NCBI GenBank assembly: GCA_944386175.1
Contig: CALXAB010000004.1
Span: 900-64,899, forward strand
Direction of reading: 5' to 3'
DNA: 64,000 nt
DNA from: an uncultured Clostridia bacterium
GTDB taxonomy: Bacteria; Bacillota; Clostridia; TANB77; CAG-508
Shown here one piece after another: positions 19,777 through 28,091 of this stretch; within the stretch, counting starts at the first letter, position 1; the number at the start of each line of letters is the position of its first letter. Under the pieces are notes generated by a model that had not been told where the DNA came from, made no database searches, and was given only the letters and a program-made list of their open reading frames with translations. The position numbers and the translations under genes are program-made.

Positions 19777-19789
19777 ATTGGCATAAAAA

Positions 19790-21298
19790 ATGGAGGAGAA
19801 AAATTTGCCAATAGAAAGTGATTTAATAAATATAAATGATATAAATATACAAATTTATGTATTAAAATTATTTTTTATTAGTATGTGTACATATTTTTTA
19901 TTAATAAAAATTACTAATACCACTAAGAAAAAGAATACATTTTTAGTATCAATGTTAATATTCATCATAGTATCAATATCAAGCATAATAAAATATGAAA
20001 CAAATTCATTTATAGGTATAGCATGTTTGATTATATTGTTAAGTCTTATAGCTTCTAAACACATAAATAATGGTATAGGATTTACTATGCTAGGAATTAT
20101 TATCTCACTTAGCATAAATTATATTATATTTTTTATAGCTATAATAATCAGTTTTATACCAAATATTATTCTAAAAATAAATAATGATTATACAAGTTTA
20201 TTGGTTTTAGTAATCATACATAGTTTAATATTATATATGCTATTTAAAGTAGAAAAGATAAAATATGGTTTTTCCTTTTTAAGATATAATTCAAAAAATG
20301 AATTTATAGAAATAGTAATTCTTAATATTAGCATTATAATAATATTTTCATTTATTATATTTACAAATATGAATATAGAACTATCAAGAAACATATTTTT
20401 TGGATTTATTATTTTTTCAATACTAATGTTTATCACAATCCAAAAATCATTACAACTATATTACAAGCAAGAGTTATTAAAACGAAATATAGAAGAAAAG
20501 GAAAAAGAAGTAAAAAATAAAAACAAAGAACTCCAAGAAAAAGACAAAAAACTAGAAGAATTAGAAAAAGAAAATCTAAAACTAAATAAAAAAATACACT
20601 CAATAAATCACAGGCAAGACTCACTAGAATACAAACTAGATACCTTAACACAAAAAAGTGAAATATCAGAAGAAATAGACATAAGAGACAGAATAAACAA
20701 AATATCAAAAACAATAGAAGAAGATGAAATAGCAATAGAGCTAACAAAAACAAACATAGAAATAATTGATGATATGTTAAAATACATGCAAGCAAAATGC
20801 ACAAAAGATAATATAGATTTTGACTTAAAAATAAATGGGAATATAAAAAATATGACAAAAAATATTGTATCAAAAGAAGATTTAGAGATATTAATATCAG
20901 ACTTAATAAAAAATGCTATAATAGCAATAAACTATTCAAACAACATTAATAAAAGTATACTAGTAAGGCTAGGAATAATAGATGGCATTTACAGTTTATA
21001 CGTATATGATACAGGTATTGAATTTAAAATAGAAACCTTATTAAATCTAGGAATAAAACCAAGTACAACACATGCAGATAATGGAGGAACAGGCATGGGA
21101 TTTATGAATACTTTTGATACATTAAATAAATACAAAGCAAGCATAATTATTAAAGAATATGGAAAAGAAAGTAAAGATAATTATACAAAAGCAATAATAA
21201 TAAAATTTGACAAAAACAATAATTACAAAATTAATTCATATCGTTCAGATAAAATAAAAGAAAAAGAGCCTAAAAACATAATTATAGAAAAATTATAA
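19790..21298 (+). CDS. membrane sensor histidine kinase: about 7 TM helices, a coiled coil and a GHKL ATPase (AgrC/ComD-like architecture). The start may instead be the TTG at 19804.
   Basis: Seven hydrophobic segments in aa 20-215; coiled coil KEKEVKNKNKELQEKDKKLEELEKENLKL; candidate H-box IHSINHRQDS; N-box LIKNAIIAI; G1 VYDTGIEF; G2 GGTGMGFMN. Confidence 0.75.
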   Translation: MEEKNLPIESDLININDINIQIYVLKLFFISMCTYFLLIKITNTTKKKNTFLVSMLIFIIVSISSIIKYETNSFIGIACLIILLSLIASKHINNGIGFTMLGIIISLSINYIIFFIAIIISFIPNIILKINNDYTSLLVLVIIHSLILYMLFKVEKIKYGFSFLRYNSKNEFIEIVILNISIIIIFSFIIFTNMNIELSRNIFFGFIIFSILMFITIQKSLQLYYKQELLKRNIEEKEKEVKNKNKELQEKDKKLEELEKENLKLNKKIHSINHRQDSLEYKLDTLTQKSEISEEIDIRDRINKISKTIEEDEIAIELTKTNIEIIDDMLKYMQAKCTKDNIDFDLKINGNIKNMTKNIVSKEDLEILISDLIKNAIIAINYSNNINKSILVRLGIIDGIYSLYVYDTGIEFKIETLLNLGIKPSTTHADNGGTGMGFMNTFDTLNKYKASIIIKEYGKESKDNYTKAIIIKFDKNNNYKINSYRSDKIKEKEPKNIIIEKL

Positions 21299-21392
21299 AT
21301 AAAATATGCCAAAGCAGACAAAATAACTAGTGCAGTTTAATATATTAAATCGTATAAAAATTTATTCAAATAGCCTGTCTCTTTGGCATAAA

Positions 21393-22664
21393 TTATAATT
21401 TACCAATTTTGGACGCGTCCCCAAAATGGTAATTTTCATATTTTTGCTTTGCTGTGTCTGGATTGTAAATGCTTGTAAAATCTTTAATAGGAGCAAATTC
21501 TTCATCAGGATTTACCCTTAAAAGAAGCATGTCATCAAATTTACTAAAAGCATCAAAAATAAATTTTTCAAATTTAAAAGTATTAGGTTGTTCAGGTACT
21601 TGTTTTACGCCTTCAGCGTTGACAAAAGTGTTCTTTTTAAAAGCTCTATGGTATGGAAGTTGTACTTTTGAAACTTTTTTTACCGCATTTAAGCTCATCA
21701 AATGTGCTAATATATTAGCTTCTCTATATAAATATTTACCATCTGAATTTTTTAATTCAGAGATTTCTAAGTTAATGTTCTCATAATACAAAATTGATGG
21801 TTTTCCCATATCTCTACAATATACAGCTATTTTGTCTAAAGCTTTTTCTTTAAATACCGATTTGGAAGCAATTTCATTGTTACTAGCAATAGTCAAACCT
21901 AATAACAACGGATCTACATTTTTTAATAATACATTGTCTATACCACCAAAGAAAATCCACTTAATATTATTTTTCTCTAAATCCTCTATAATTCCATTTT
22001 CTAACATAGAATTAAAAACATCACCATTACCATTTGAAGCTTCTTTTATCATATAAGGTTCTTTTAGTATTAATTTTCCATTTATATCTATGAGTGGTAA
22101 TTTTTTTTGTTTAAAAAATTTAATTTTATTCATAGGATAGTCAAAATAATTATTTTTTTCAAAAAATGATTTAGTAGCAGTATCATTTTCTTCACTTGTC
22201 ATTATATACCAAGGAATTATAATATCATATTTTAAATTTGCTTGTTTTATATCTTCACACATTATTTGAAATAATGACTTTTTTTGAGGTTTTAAATCTA
22301 ACAAATACGTGCCTTTTGGTCCTTTATATCCAAGCCTTGTACCTTGCCCACCAGCCATTGTAACTACTGCGTAATGCTCATTTTGTAATTCATTTTCACC
22401 AATAGAAATATAATGATTTAATTCACTATTAGAAAAATCGCTTTTTTCTAAATGTTCTAATGGCGTAATAGTATCGAATGAAAAATAATCTCCTTTTATT
22501 GAATTTTTATATAATGCAAGTATATGTTCAAAATCTGTATTTAAAATTTGATTTAACAAAAATTCTTTTTTATTTTCAGATAACATATCATATAAGTATA
22601 ATAAATGTTCTTGGTGATATTTTTTTAAGATATTTGTGGCATCACACAAATTCTTTGAATTCAT
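21393..22664 (-). CDS. UDPGP-family uridylyltransferase (UDP-sugar / UDP-GlcNAc pyrophosphorylase-like)
   Basis: MAGGQGTRLGYKGPKGT signature. The last 12 codons (YHFGDASKIGKL) and the stop are encoded by a palindromic repeat copy. Confidence 0.75.
   Translation of the reverse strand: MNSKNLCDATNILKKYHQEHLLYLYDMLSENKKEFLLNQILNTDFEHILALYKNSIKGDYFSFDTITPLEHLEKSDFSNSELNHYISIGENELQNEHYAVVTMAGGQGTRLGYKGPKGTYLLDLKPQKKSLFQIMCEDIKQANLKYDIIIPWYIMTSEENDTATKSFFEKNNYFDYPMNKIKFFKQKKLPLIDINGKLILKEPYMIKEASNGNGDVFNSMLENGIIEDLEKNNIKWIFFGGIDNVLLKNVDPLLLGLTIASNNEIASKSVFKEKALDKIAVYCRDMGKPSILYYENINLEISELKNSDGKYLYREANILAHLMSLNAVKKVSKVQLPYHRAFKKNTFVNAEGVKQVPEQPNTFKFEKFIFDAFSKFDDMLLLRVNPDEEFAPIKDFTSIYNPDTAKQKYENYHFGDASKIGKL
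21400..21432. repeat. GC-cored palindromic repeat, copy 1
   Basis: TTACCAATTTTGGACGCGTCCCCAAAATGGTAA. Confidence 0.85.
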
Positions 22665-22715
22665 TAATAATCACAATCCTTTCAATAGATAAAATATTTT
22701 AAAGTAAAATAAGTT

Positions 22716-23528
22716 CTATCTCATTTCATAAGTAGTTGGAAAAGCATATTTTAAAGTTCTAATAGAAATATCTTTATTAGGCATATCAGAAGCAATTAAA
22801 TCTTCAATTTCCTTTTCTATATTATATGGAACTCTTACAATATTAAAAGAGATTCCAGCAAAATCTTTAGATTGATAATTTCCTTCTATTATTATATAAG
22901 ATGCCATAGTTGAAAATTTGTTACTATCATCATCCAAACTAGAATTCAACATTTCTACTGGAGAACCAACACTGCCAGGATTAAATACAGTCTTATTTTT
23001 ATATCTTATTAAACAAGGTGTATGTATATGACCATATCCTATAACATCAGGAACTTTATCATATTCAGTTTTTCCTAAAAATTCAGTGTTTTCAAATAAC
23101 TGGCTAGCATTTGCTAATTCAACACCAGAATATATAGTTCCTTTATTTGAAAACGTAGGATTAAAAATATGTTCTAAACTAAAAGGTGAAGCATAAAAAA
23201 GTCTAATAAAATGACCACTCATATAAAATTCATGAAAAACAGGTAAATTAAATATAAAGTTAGCTCTTTCTTCACCAATTTTAACTCTTGACCAAAAGTT
23301 TTTATTTTTTGCTTCAGGACGACAAATAGAGTAATCAGTATTACCAATAAGTATAACATCACATACTTCTCTTAATTTGTCAATCACTAAATCTGGATGA
23401 GTGCATTTAACAATACTATCACCCAAACAAAATATTTTATCTACATTACGTTTTTTTATATCATCTAATACTGCATTTAATGCAGTGATATTACCATGTA
23501 CATCAGAGATAATAGCTACTTTATCCAT
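22716..23528 (-). CDS. metallophosphoesterase (calcineurin-like, YfcE/MPP family)
   Basis: ISDVHGN, CLGDS, GNTD, GHIHTP motifs. Confidence 0.8.
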   Translation of the reverse strand: MDKVAIISDVHGNITALNAVLDDIKKRNVDKIFCLGDSIVKCTHPDLVIDKLREVCDVILIGNTDYSICRPEAKNKNFWSRVKIGEERANFIFNLPVFHEFYMSGHFIRLFYASPFSLEHIFNPTFSNKGTIYSGVELANASQLFENTEFLGKTEYDKVPDVIGYGHIHTPCLIRYKNKTVFNPGSVGSPVEMLNSSLDDDSNKFSTMASYIIIEGNYQSKDFAGISFNIVRVPYNIEKEIEDLIASDMPNKDISIRTLKYAFPTTYEMR

Positions 23529-23662
23529 AATTAATCACATTCCTTTCGAATAATAATATATAAATTTAGATTATTTATTAAATCAATGAATTCTTAGCTA
23601 TACAAGTTATCAAGTTTATTACAAAACAAACATATTTGCCTGTATAAGCTAATTTTCAAAAA

Positions 23663-23694
23663 TTCCAATTTTGGACGAGTCTCCAAATTGGTAA
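23663..23694. repeat. GC-cored palindromic repeat, copy 2 (diverged core)
   Basis: TTCCAATTTTGGACGAGTCTCCAAATTGGTAA, 1 nt after the stop of the HD-domain gene. Confidence 0.8.
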
Positions 23695-23695
23695 A

Positions 23696-24901
23696 TTAGA
23701 AACTTATAATTTCGTTATAAATTTCAATTGCAAAATTATCAGTCATACCAGAGATATAGTACAAAATACATTTGTAATAATCATGAGGATTATTAATATC
23801 AAAAATTACTTTATTTTTTAATCTAAGATTTTTTCTGTTTCCAAAATCATAGTAATTATTAATAAAAGAAATAAAACTTTTAGATAATTTAGGAAAAGAT
23901 TTATATAAAATATTTAAATTATTTAAAGTATTATTTCCATCATAAGTATTTTTTAATACGTTATATATCTCAGAAATTATAAGTTCAAAATATCTAATAG
24001 AAGGTAAAAGTCTATTAGAATTGTAGATATTATCATAATTAAATTGCTTAATCTTATTAAGCAATAAAAAGGCTTCTTCAGAAAAACATAAACCATTTTC
24101 AGGAGAAGAATTTTTACATAAATCTGAGATTAGATAATTAATAATAATAGTATTATTAATTTCATTTTTTACATCAGCATTATTTATTAGTTTATATAAA
24201 TCATCTAAATGGTCATCAATAATTCCTAAAGTAATAGCATCTTCAATATCTCTACCAATATAAGAAATCTTATCAGATATTTTAACTACACAAGCTTCCC
24301 AAGTATAAGGAGAATACTCATTAGGGTAAGAATATTTAGACAAATCAATATATTCTTTTCTAGGTTTTAAGCCATTTTCGTCAATCTCACCACAATGAGA
24401 AATAATACCATCTCTAACGCCATAAGTAATATTTAGATTTTGAAGATATTTTTGATTATCTTCTAGTAATTCAATGGAATCTACAAAATCTAAACCATTT
24501 TTTTCATGCCAAAAAGGGTACCCTAAATCTCGTTCAGAAATCTTAGATAATATTTTTTCTCCACTATGACCAAAAGGGCTATGTCCCAAATCATGTGAAA
24601 CTGAAATAGCTTTAGTAAGTTGAGTATTTAAGCCTAAATAATTTGCAATAGTATAGCTGATAGACTCAACATGCATAACGTGTTCAACTCTTGTACATAT
24701 ATGGTCATTTTCAGGAGAAAAGAAAACCTGAGTCTTATGTTTTAACCTCCTAAAAGCCGTAGAATGAATAATTCTAGTATAATCACGTTCAAAATCTGTA
24801 CGAAAGTCATTTTCTCTACTATATAAAGGAGAAGTTCTTTGTATAATATTTTCCCATTTAGGATTATTCACATTTGCAGATAAAAGCTCAAATTTTTTCA
24901 T
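23696..24901 (-). CDS. dGTP triphosphohydrolase-like HD-domain protein
   Basis: DFERDYTRIIHSTAFRRLKHKTQVF, TRVEHVMHV, HDLGHSPFGHSGE. Confidence 0.8.
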   Translation of the reverse strand: MKKFELLSANVNNPKWENIIQRTSPLYSRENDFRTDFERDYTRIIHSTAFRRLKHKTQVFFSPENDHICTRVEHVMHVESISYTIANYLGLNTQLTKAISVSHDLGHSPFGHSGEKILSKISERDLGYPFWHEKNGLDFVDSIELLEDNQKYLQNLNITYGVRDGIISHCGEIDENGLKPRKEYIDLSKYSYPNEYSPYTWEACVVKISDKISYIGRDIEDAITLGIIDDHLDDLYKLINNADVKNEINNTIIINYLISDLCKNSSPENGLCFSEEAFLLLNKIKQFNYDNIYNSNRLLPSIRYFELIISEIYNVLKNTYDGNNTLNNLNILYKSFPKLSKSFISFINNYYDFGNRKNLRLKNKVIFDINNPHDYYKCILYYISGMTDNFAIEIYNEIISF

Positions 24902-25051
24902 ATTTAATATTCAATCCCTTCTAAAAAATAAATTTATAAAATTTTACTTAATTTCTTTTTAAAATATTTTACTATAAAACGACACAAAAGTAAATTAAAG
25001 TTTACAATAAAAAAATAAAGTAGTATAATATCCAAAAAAGGAGGAATAGAA

Positions 25052-25174
25052 ATGTTACATGTAATGAAAGATGACTTTGACGAAAGTCCAGAAGACATAC
25101 TAAATTCAATAAATAATATGTTAAAAGAAAAAGAAAAAAGTAAAGACAATGACGAAAAAGAAGATAAAAAATAA
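25052..25174 (+). CDS. small acidic 40-aa protein, hypothetical
   Basis: AAGGAGGA RBS 7 nt upstream of the ATG; MLHVMKDDFDESPEDILNSINNMLKEKEKSKDNDEKEDKK; below the ORF-track size cut-off. Confidence 0.35.
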   Translation: MLHVMKDDFDESPEDILNSINNMLKEKEKSKDNDEKEDKK

Positions 25175-25268
25175 AGTATTTTTTAAGTTGTATTAAAAAA
25201 AATAATATTATAATAGATATATAACTAAATATTAAAAGTTAAATATAAGAAAAAAGGAATGAGTAAAA

Positions 25269-25946
25269 ATGGGGAAATTATTTGTAATTGATGGAACAGA
25301 TGGAAGCGGAAAACAAACACAACTAGAAAAATTGAAAGAAAGATTAGAAAGAGAAAAAATAGACTATAAAAGTGTAAGTTTTCCAAATTATGAGAGCGAA
25401 AGTTCAGCATTAGTAAAAATATATTTAAATGGAGAATTGGCAGAAGATCCAAAAGAGATTAGCCCATACATAGCATCTACATTTTATGCAGCAGATAGAT
25501 ATATAACATATAAAAAAGAATATGAAAAATACTATAAATCAGGAGGAATTATATTAGCAGATAGATATACAACATCAAATATGGTTCATCAAGCAGGAAA
25601 AATAAAAGATGATACAGAAAGAGAAAAATTTTTAAACTGGCTATGGGACTTTGAATTTAATTTATATGGATTACCAGTTCCAACACAAGTATTTTTTCTA
25701 AATATGCCAACAGAATATGCTCTAAAATTAATGGAAAATAGAAAAAATAAAATAACTCAAGAAGAAAAAAAAGATATACACGAGAGAAATCCAGAACATA
25801 TGATAGACGCATATAATGAGGCATGTAAGTTATCAAAAAAATATAATTGGAAAGAAATACAATGCGTGAAAAATAAAGAAATAAGAACTATAGAAGATAT
25901 ACACGAAGAAATATATCAAGAAATAAAAACATATCTAAATAAATAG
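25269..25946 (+). CDS. tmk: thymidylate (dTMP) kinase
   Basis: FVIDGTDGSGKQTQ P-loop, DRYTTSN. Confidence 0.9.
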   Translation: MGKLFVIDGTDGSGKQTQLEKLKERLEREKIDYKSVSFPNYESESSALVKIYLNGELAEDPKEISPYIASTFYAADRYITYKKEYEKYYKSGGIILADRYTTSNMVHQAGKIKDDTEREKFLNWLWDFEFNLYGLPVPTQVFFLNMPTEYALKLMENRKNKITQEEKKDIHERNPEHMIDAYNEACKLSKKYNWKEIQCVKNKEIRTIEDIHEEIYQEIKTYLNK

Positions 25947-25980
25947 TATATCAAAAATTAAAATAAAAATATAGTTACAA

Positions 25981-26203
25981 TTAAAAGCTCTATCAGGAAT
26001 AATACATCAATAAATATAGTATTTTGAATGTGATTGGAGTAATTTTAGAAATTCTTTATTAATTTTTTGGGGAATGTTCACGTCGAGCTTTAGCTCGGAC
26101 TAAGTGAAAGGGGCCCAAAAAATTAATTTAGAATTTCTTAAATTATGTATTGAGCCGAAAAATACTATATTTATTGATGTATTATTCCTGATAGAGCTTT
26201 TAA
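25981..26203. repeat. 223-bp near-perfect long inverted repeat (hairpin/cruciform)
   Basis: 45-bp perfect arms TTAAAAGCTCTATCAGGAATAATACATCAATAAATATAGTATTTT / reverse complement. The inner ~33-bp arms are also nearly complementary. Centre is CGAGC-TTTA-GCTCG. Confidence 0.85.
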
Positions 26204-26339
26204 TCATAGAAAATACATTAATACAAAAATGAGAGATTTTAAGAGAAAAAAAGAGAATAAGTATAATAACTATAAAAAAAGTAGTTTCATAAATCTAACA
26301 AAAACTAAACAAGTCCAAAATAATTCTAAATAAAATTTG

Positions 26340-26960
26340 GAATAAAAGGCAAATTTTAGTATAATATTTAACGATGGTGCATTATTCTAGTCATACAAGT
26401 TTTACGAGGGTGGGGCTAAAAATCCACTAAAGGGCATATCGTTGAAGTTCTTTGAATGTGCGCGAAACGCCAAGTTTGTGTGTGTTCAGGGAGTAAGAAA
26501 TTTGGGTATTATATAATGGCATATATAAGATTCCCTGGTTTCGCGGAGGCTTAGATTTATGATAAATGAATCTTTTTATACATAATTTAAGAGTAACCTG
26601 TGATGAGTGCCAAGACACAAAAAGCACAGAGTAGCCTGTCTTGAGTGAATGTATTGGGATTAAATCATTAGTAAAATATAGTTTTGGCCAAATTAGTTTT
26701 ACTGTACTTATGAAATTTCATTTGCAAAAGAGACTAGTAAAACACAACTGTATGTAAAGGAAAACTTCTAGAATGTTTGTTTCGAAAGAGACATAGGAGT
26801 CTGGGGATTAAGGTACAGATTTAAGTGGCGATCTGGTGTCTATTAAAACTAATAGATATTTTCCTTAAACGGAAACGGCTCTAACAGTAATGTTAAGTGG
26901 AAAATAGAGAAATTCGACTAGACCTAAACTGTAAAATTTACTTAGGCTTTTACCATCTAG
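26340..26960 (+). ncRNA. large structured non-coding RNA, candidate OLE RNA (ends approximate)
   Basis: About 600 nt with no credible ORF and locally higher G+C. Long-range helices CGCGAAAC/GTTTCGCG and CAGGGAG/TTCCCTG; GAAA-tetraloop hairpin TGTTTC-GAAA-GAGACA; hairpin TCTATTA-AAAC-TAATAGA. A 4-TM protein gene follows directly on the same strand. Confidence 0.45.
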
Positions 26961-27099
26961 TTTCGTTTTTATATAAAATATTTTAAAATAAAAAATTAAA
27001 ATGTAATAAAAGGCAAGATAAAGATAAATTTTAAATGACAAATATATCAATATAATTACTAGACAATTATAAAAAGGCAAGGAGGAAGATAAATTAAGA

Positions 27100-27654
27100 A
27101 TGAAAGAAAAAAAGGACAATAAAAAAGAACACTCGGAACTCAATTGGTTTATAAAAGTATCAATTATGACATTTATACTATCAATCACATTTTCATATAT
27201 ATCAGCTAATGGAGTTTCAAATTTAAATTTGATATCTGCTATATTAATACTAATATTAGTAATAGCAATAGGTATCTTTTTTGATATAGTAGGAGTAGCA
27301 GTAACAGTAGCAAACGAAGAAGAATTCCATGCAAAAGCAACAAAAAAAGTAAAAGGCTCAAAAAACTCAATCAAATTAATTAGAAATGCACCTAAAGTAG
27401 CTAATATATGCGCAGATGTTATAGGAGACATATGTGGAGTATTAAGTGGTGCAATAAGTGCTTTAATTTCTGTAAAAATAACAGAACAATTTAGTTTATC
27501 TTTTGATATACAATTTATACTTAGTGCAGTTGTAGCCTCATTAACAGTAGGAGGAAAAGCACTAGGAAAAGGAATAGCAAACAAAAATGCAACACGAATT
27601 GTTCATGCAGTAGGAAAAACTTTTACAATTTTAGGGACGCGTCCAAAAAGATAA
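27100..27654 (+). CDS. 4-TM ~20 kDa membrane protein, candidate OapA (OLE-associated protein A)
   Basis: AAGGAGGA RBS; four hydrophobic helices with DIVGVAV and DVIGDICG. The last 10 codons and the stop lie in a palindromic repeat copy. Confidence 0.55.
   Translation: MKEKKDNKKEHSELNWFIKVSIMTFILSITFSYISANGVSNLNLISAILILILVIAIGIFFDIVGVAVTVANEEEFHAKATKKVKGSKNSIKLIRNAPKVANICADVIGDICGVLSGAISALISVKITEQFSLSFDIQFILSAVVASLTVGGKALGKGIANKNATRIVHAVGKTFTILGTRPKR
27623..27654. repeat. GC-cored palindromic repeat, copy 3 (inverted orientation)
   Basis: TTACAATTTTAGGGACGCGTCCAAAAAGATAA. Confidence 0.8.
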
Positions 27655-27686
27655 TTCCAATTTTGGACGCGTCCCCAAATTGGTAA
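27655..27686. repeat. GC-cored palindromic repeat, copy 4; forms a head-to-head doublet with copy 3
   Basis: TTCCAATTTTGGACGCGTCCCCAAATTGGTAA, abutting the stop of the convergent HTH gene. Confidence 0.85.
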
Positions 27687-27893
27687 TTATGCATTTTTAT
27701 CTATCTTAATTAATTCATCTATTGAACAATCTAAAAACTTACAAAGATCTTCTAAATACTTGAAAGAAATAGAAGTTGTCTCACCATGAATCACTCGATT
27801 TAAGTTATGAGAAGTAATATTCATATTTTGGCAAAGCCAATATTTAGATTTTTTCTTTTTTTTCAATAATTCTTCAATTCTAAAATAAATCAT
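27687..27893 (-). CDS. small XRE/Cro-type HTH regulator
   Basis: KSKYWLCQNMNITSHNLNRVIHGETTSISFKYLEDLCKFLDCSIDELI. Confidence 0.7.
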   Translation of the reverse strand: MIYFRIEELLKKKKKSKYWLCQNMNITSHNLNRVIHGETTSISFKYLEDLCKFLDCSIDELIKIDKNA

Positions 27894-28091
27894 AATTTCA
27901 CCTCAAAAATATTGTAAGCGATATTATTCTAAGAAATAAGATATTTACACATACCTTGAATTATCAACTATTAAAAAGTTATAGAATAAAATTTGTAACA
28001 AAAGAAAAAATATAATAAAATAAACAAAAAATATATAAATGACAATACAATATAGAAATTCAATCATAGAAAGAAAGGAAAGTGATTAAAT

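Noticed and set aside
20433-20873. Leu/Phe-rich minus-strand ORFs (146 aa and others) inside the histidine kinase gene. Similar ORFs occur at 29468-30525, 31099-32128, 33387-33692, 34190-34952, 36571-37100, 41559-42905 and 58282-63647.
   Set aside because: They are reverse complements of Lys/Glu/Asn-rich coding sequence (AAA/GAA read as TTT/TTC), a typical by-product of A-rich coding strands. None has an RBS or any motif.
21306-21390. Long-range inverted repeat ATGCCAAAGCAGACA ... TGTCTCTTTGGCAT between the convergent kinase and UDPGP genes
   Set aside because: It probably acts as a bidirectional terminator region, with a ~50-nt loop and one mismatch. It is not repeated elsewhere in the window, so I judged it unremarkable.
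26340-26960. RNase P RNA, tmRNA, SRP RNA or a riboswitch as the identity of the structured region
   Set aside because: I could not find:
- the RNase P GAGGAAAGTCC-type core
- a tRNA-like CCA-ended tmRNA terminus or tag ORF
- the SRP GGAA/AGCA domain
- T-box, cobalamin or other riboswitch cores

The size and the downstream 4-TM gene fit OLE better, although that remains unverified.
26865-27584. 239-aa minus-strand ORF overlapping the OapA-like gene and the end of the structured RNA
   Set aside because: It is antisense to a gene with a strong RBS and a clear 4-TM architecture, and it has no start context of its own. The small minus-strand ORF at 26427-26627 inside the structured RNA was rejected for the same reason.
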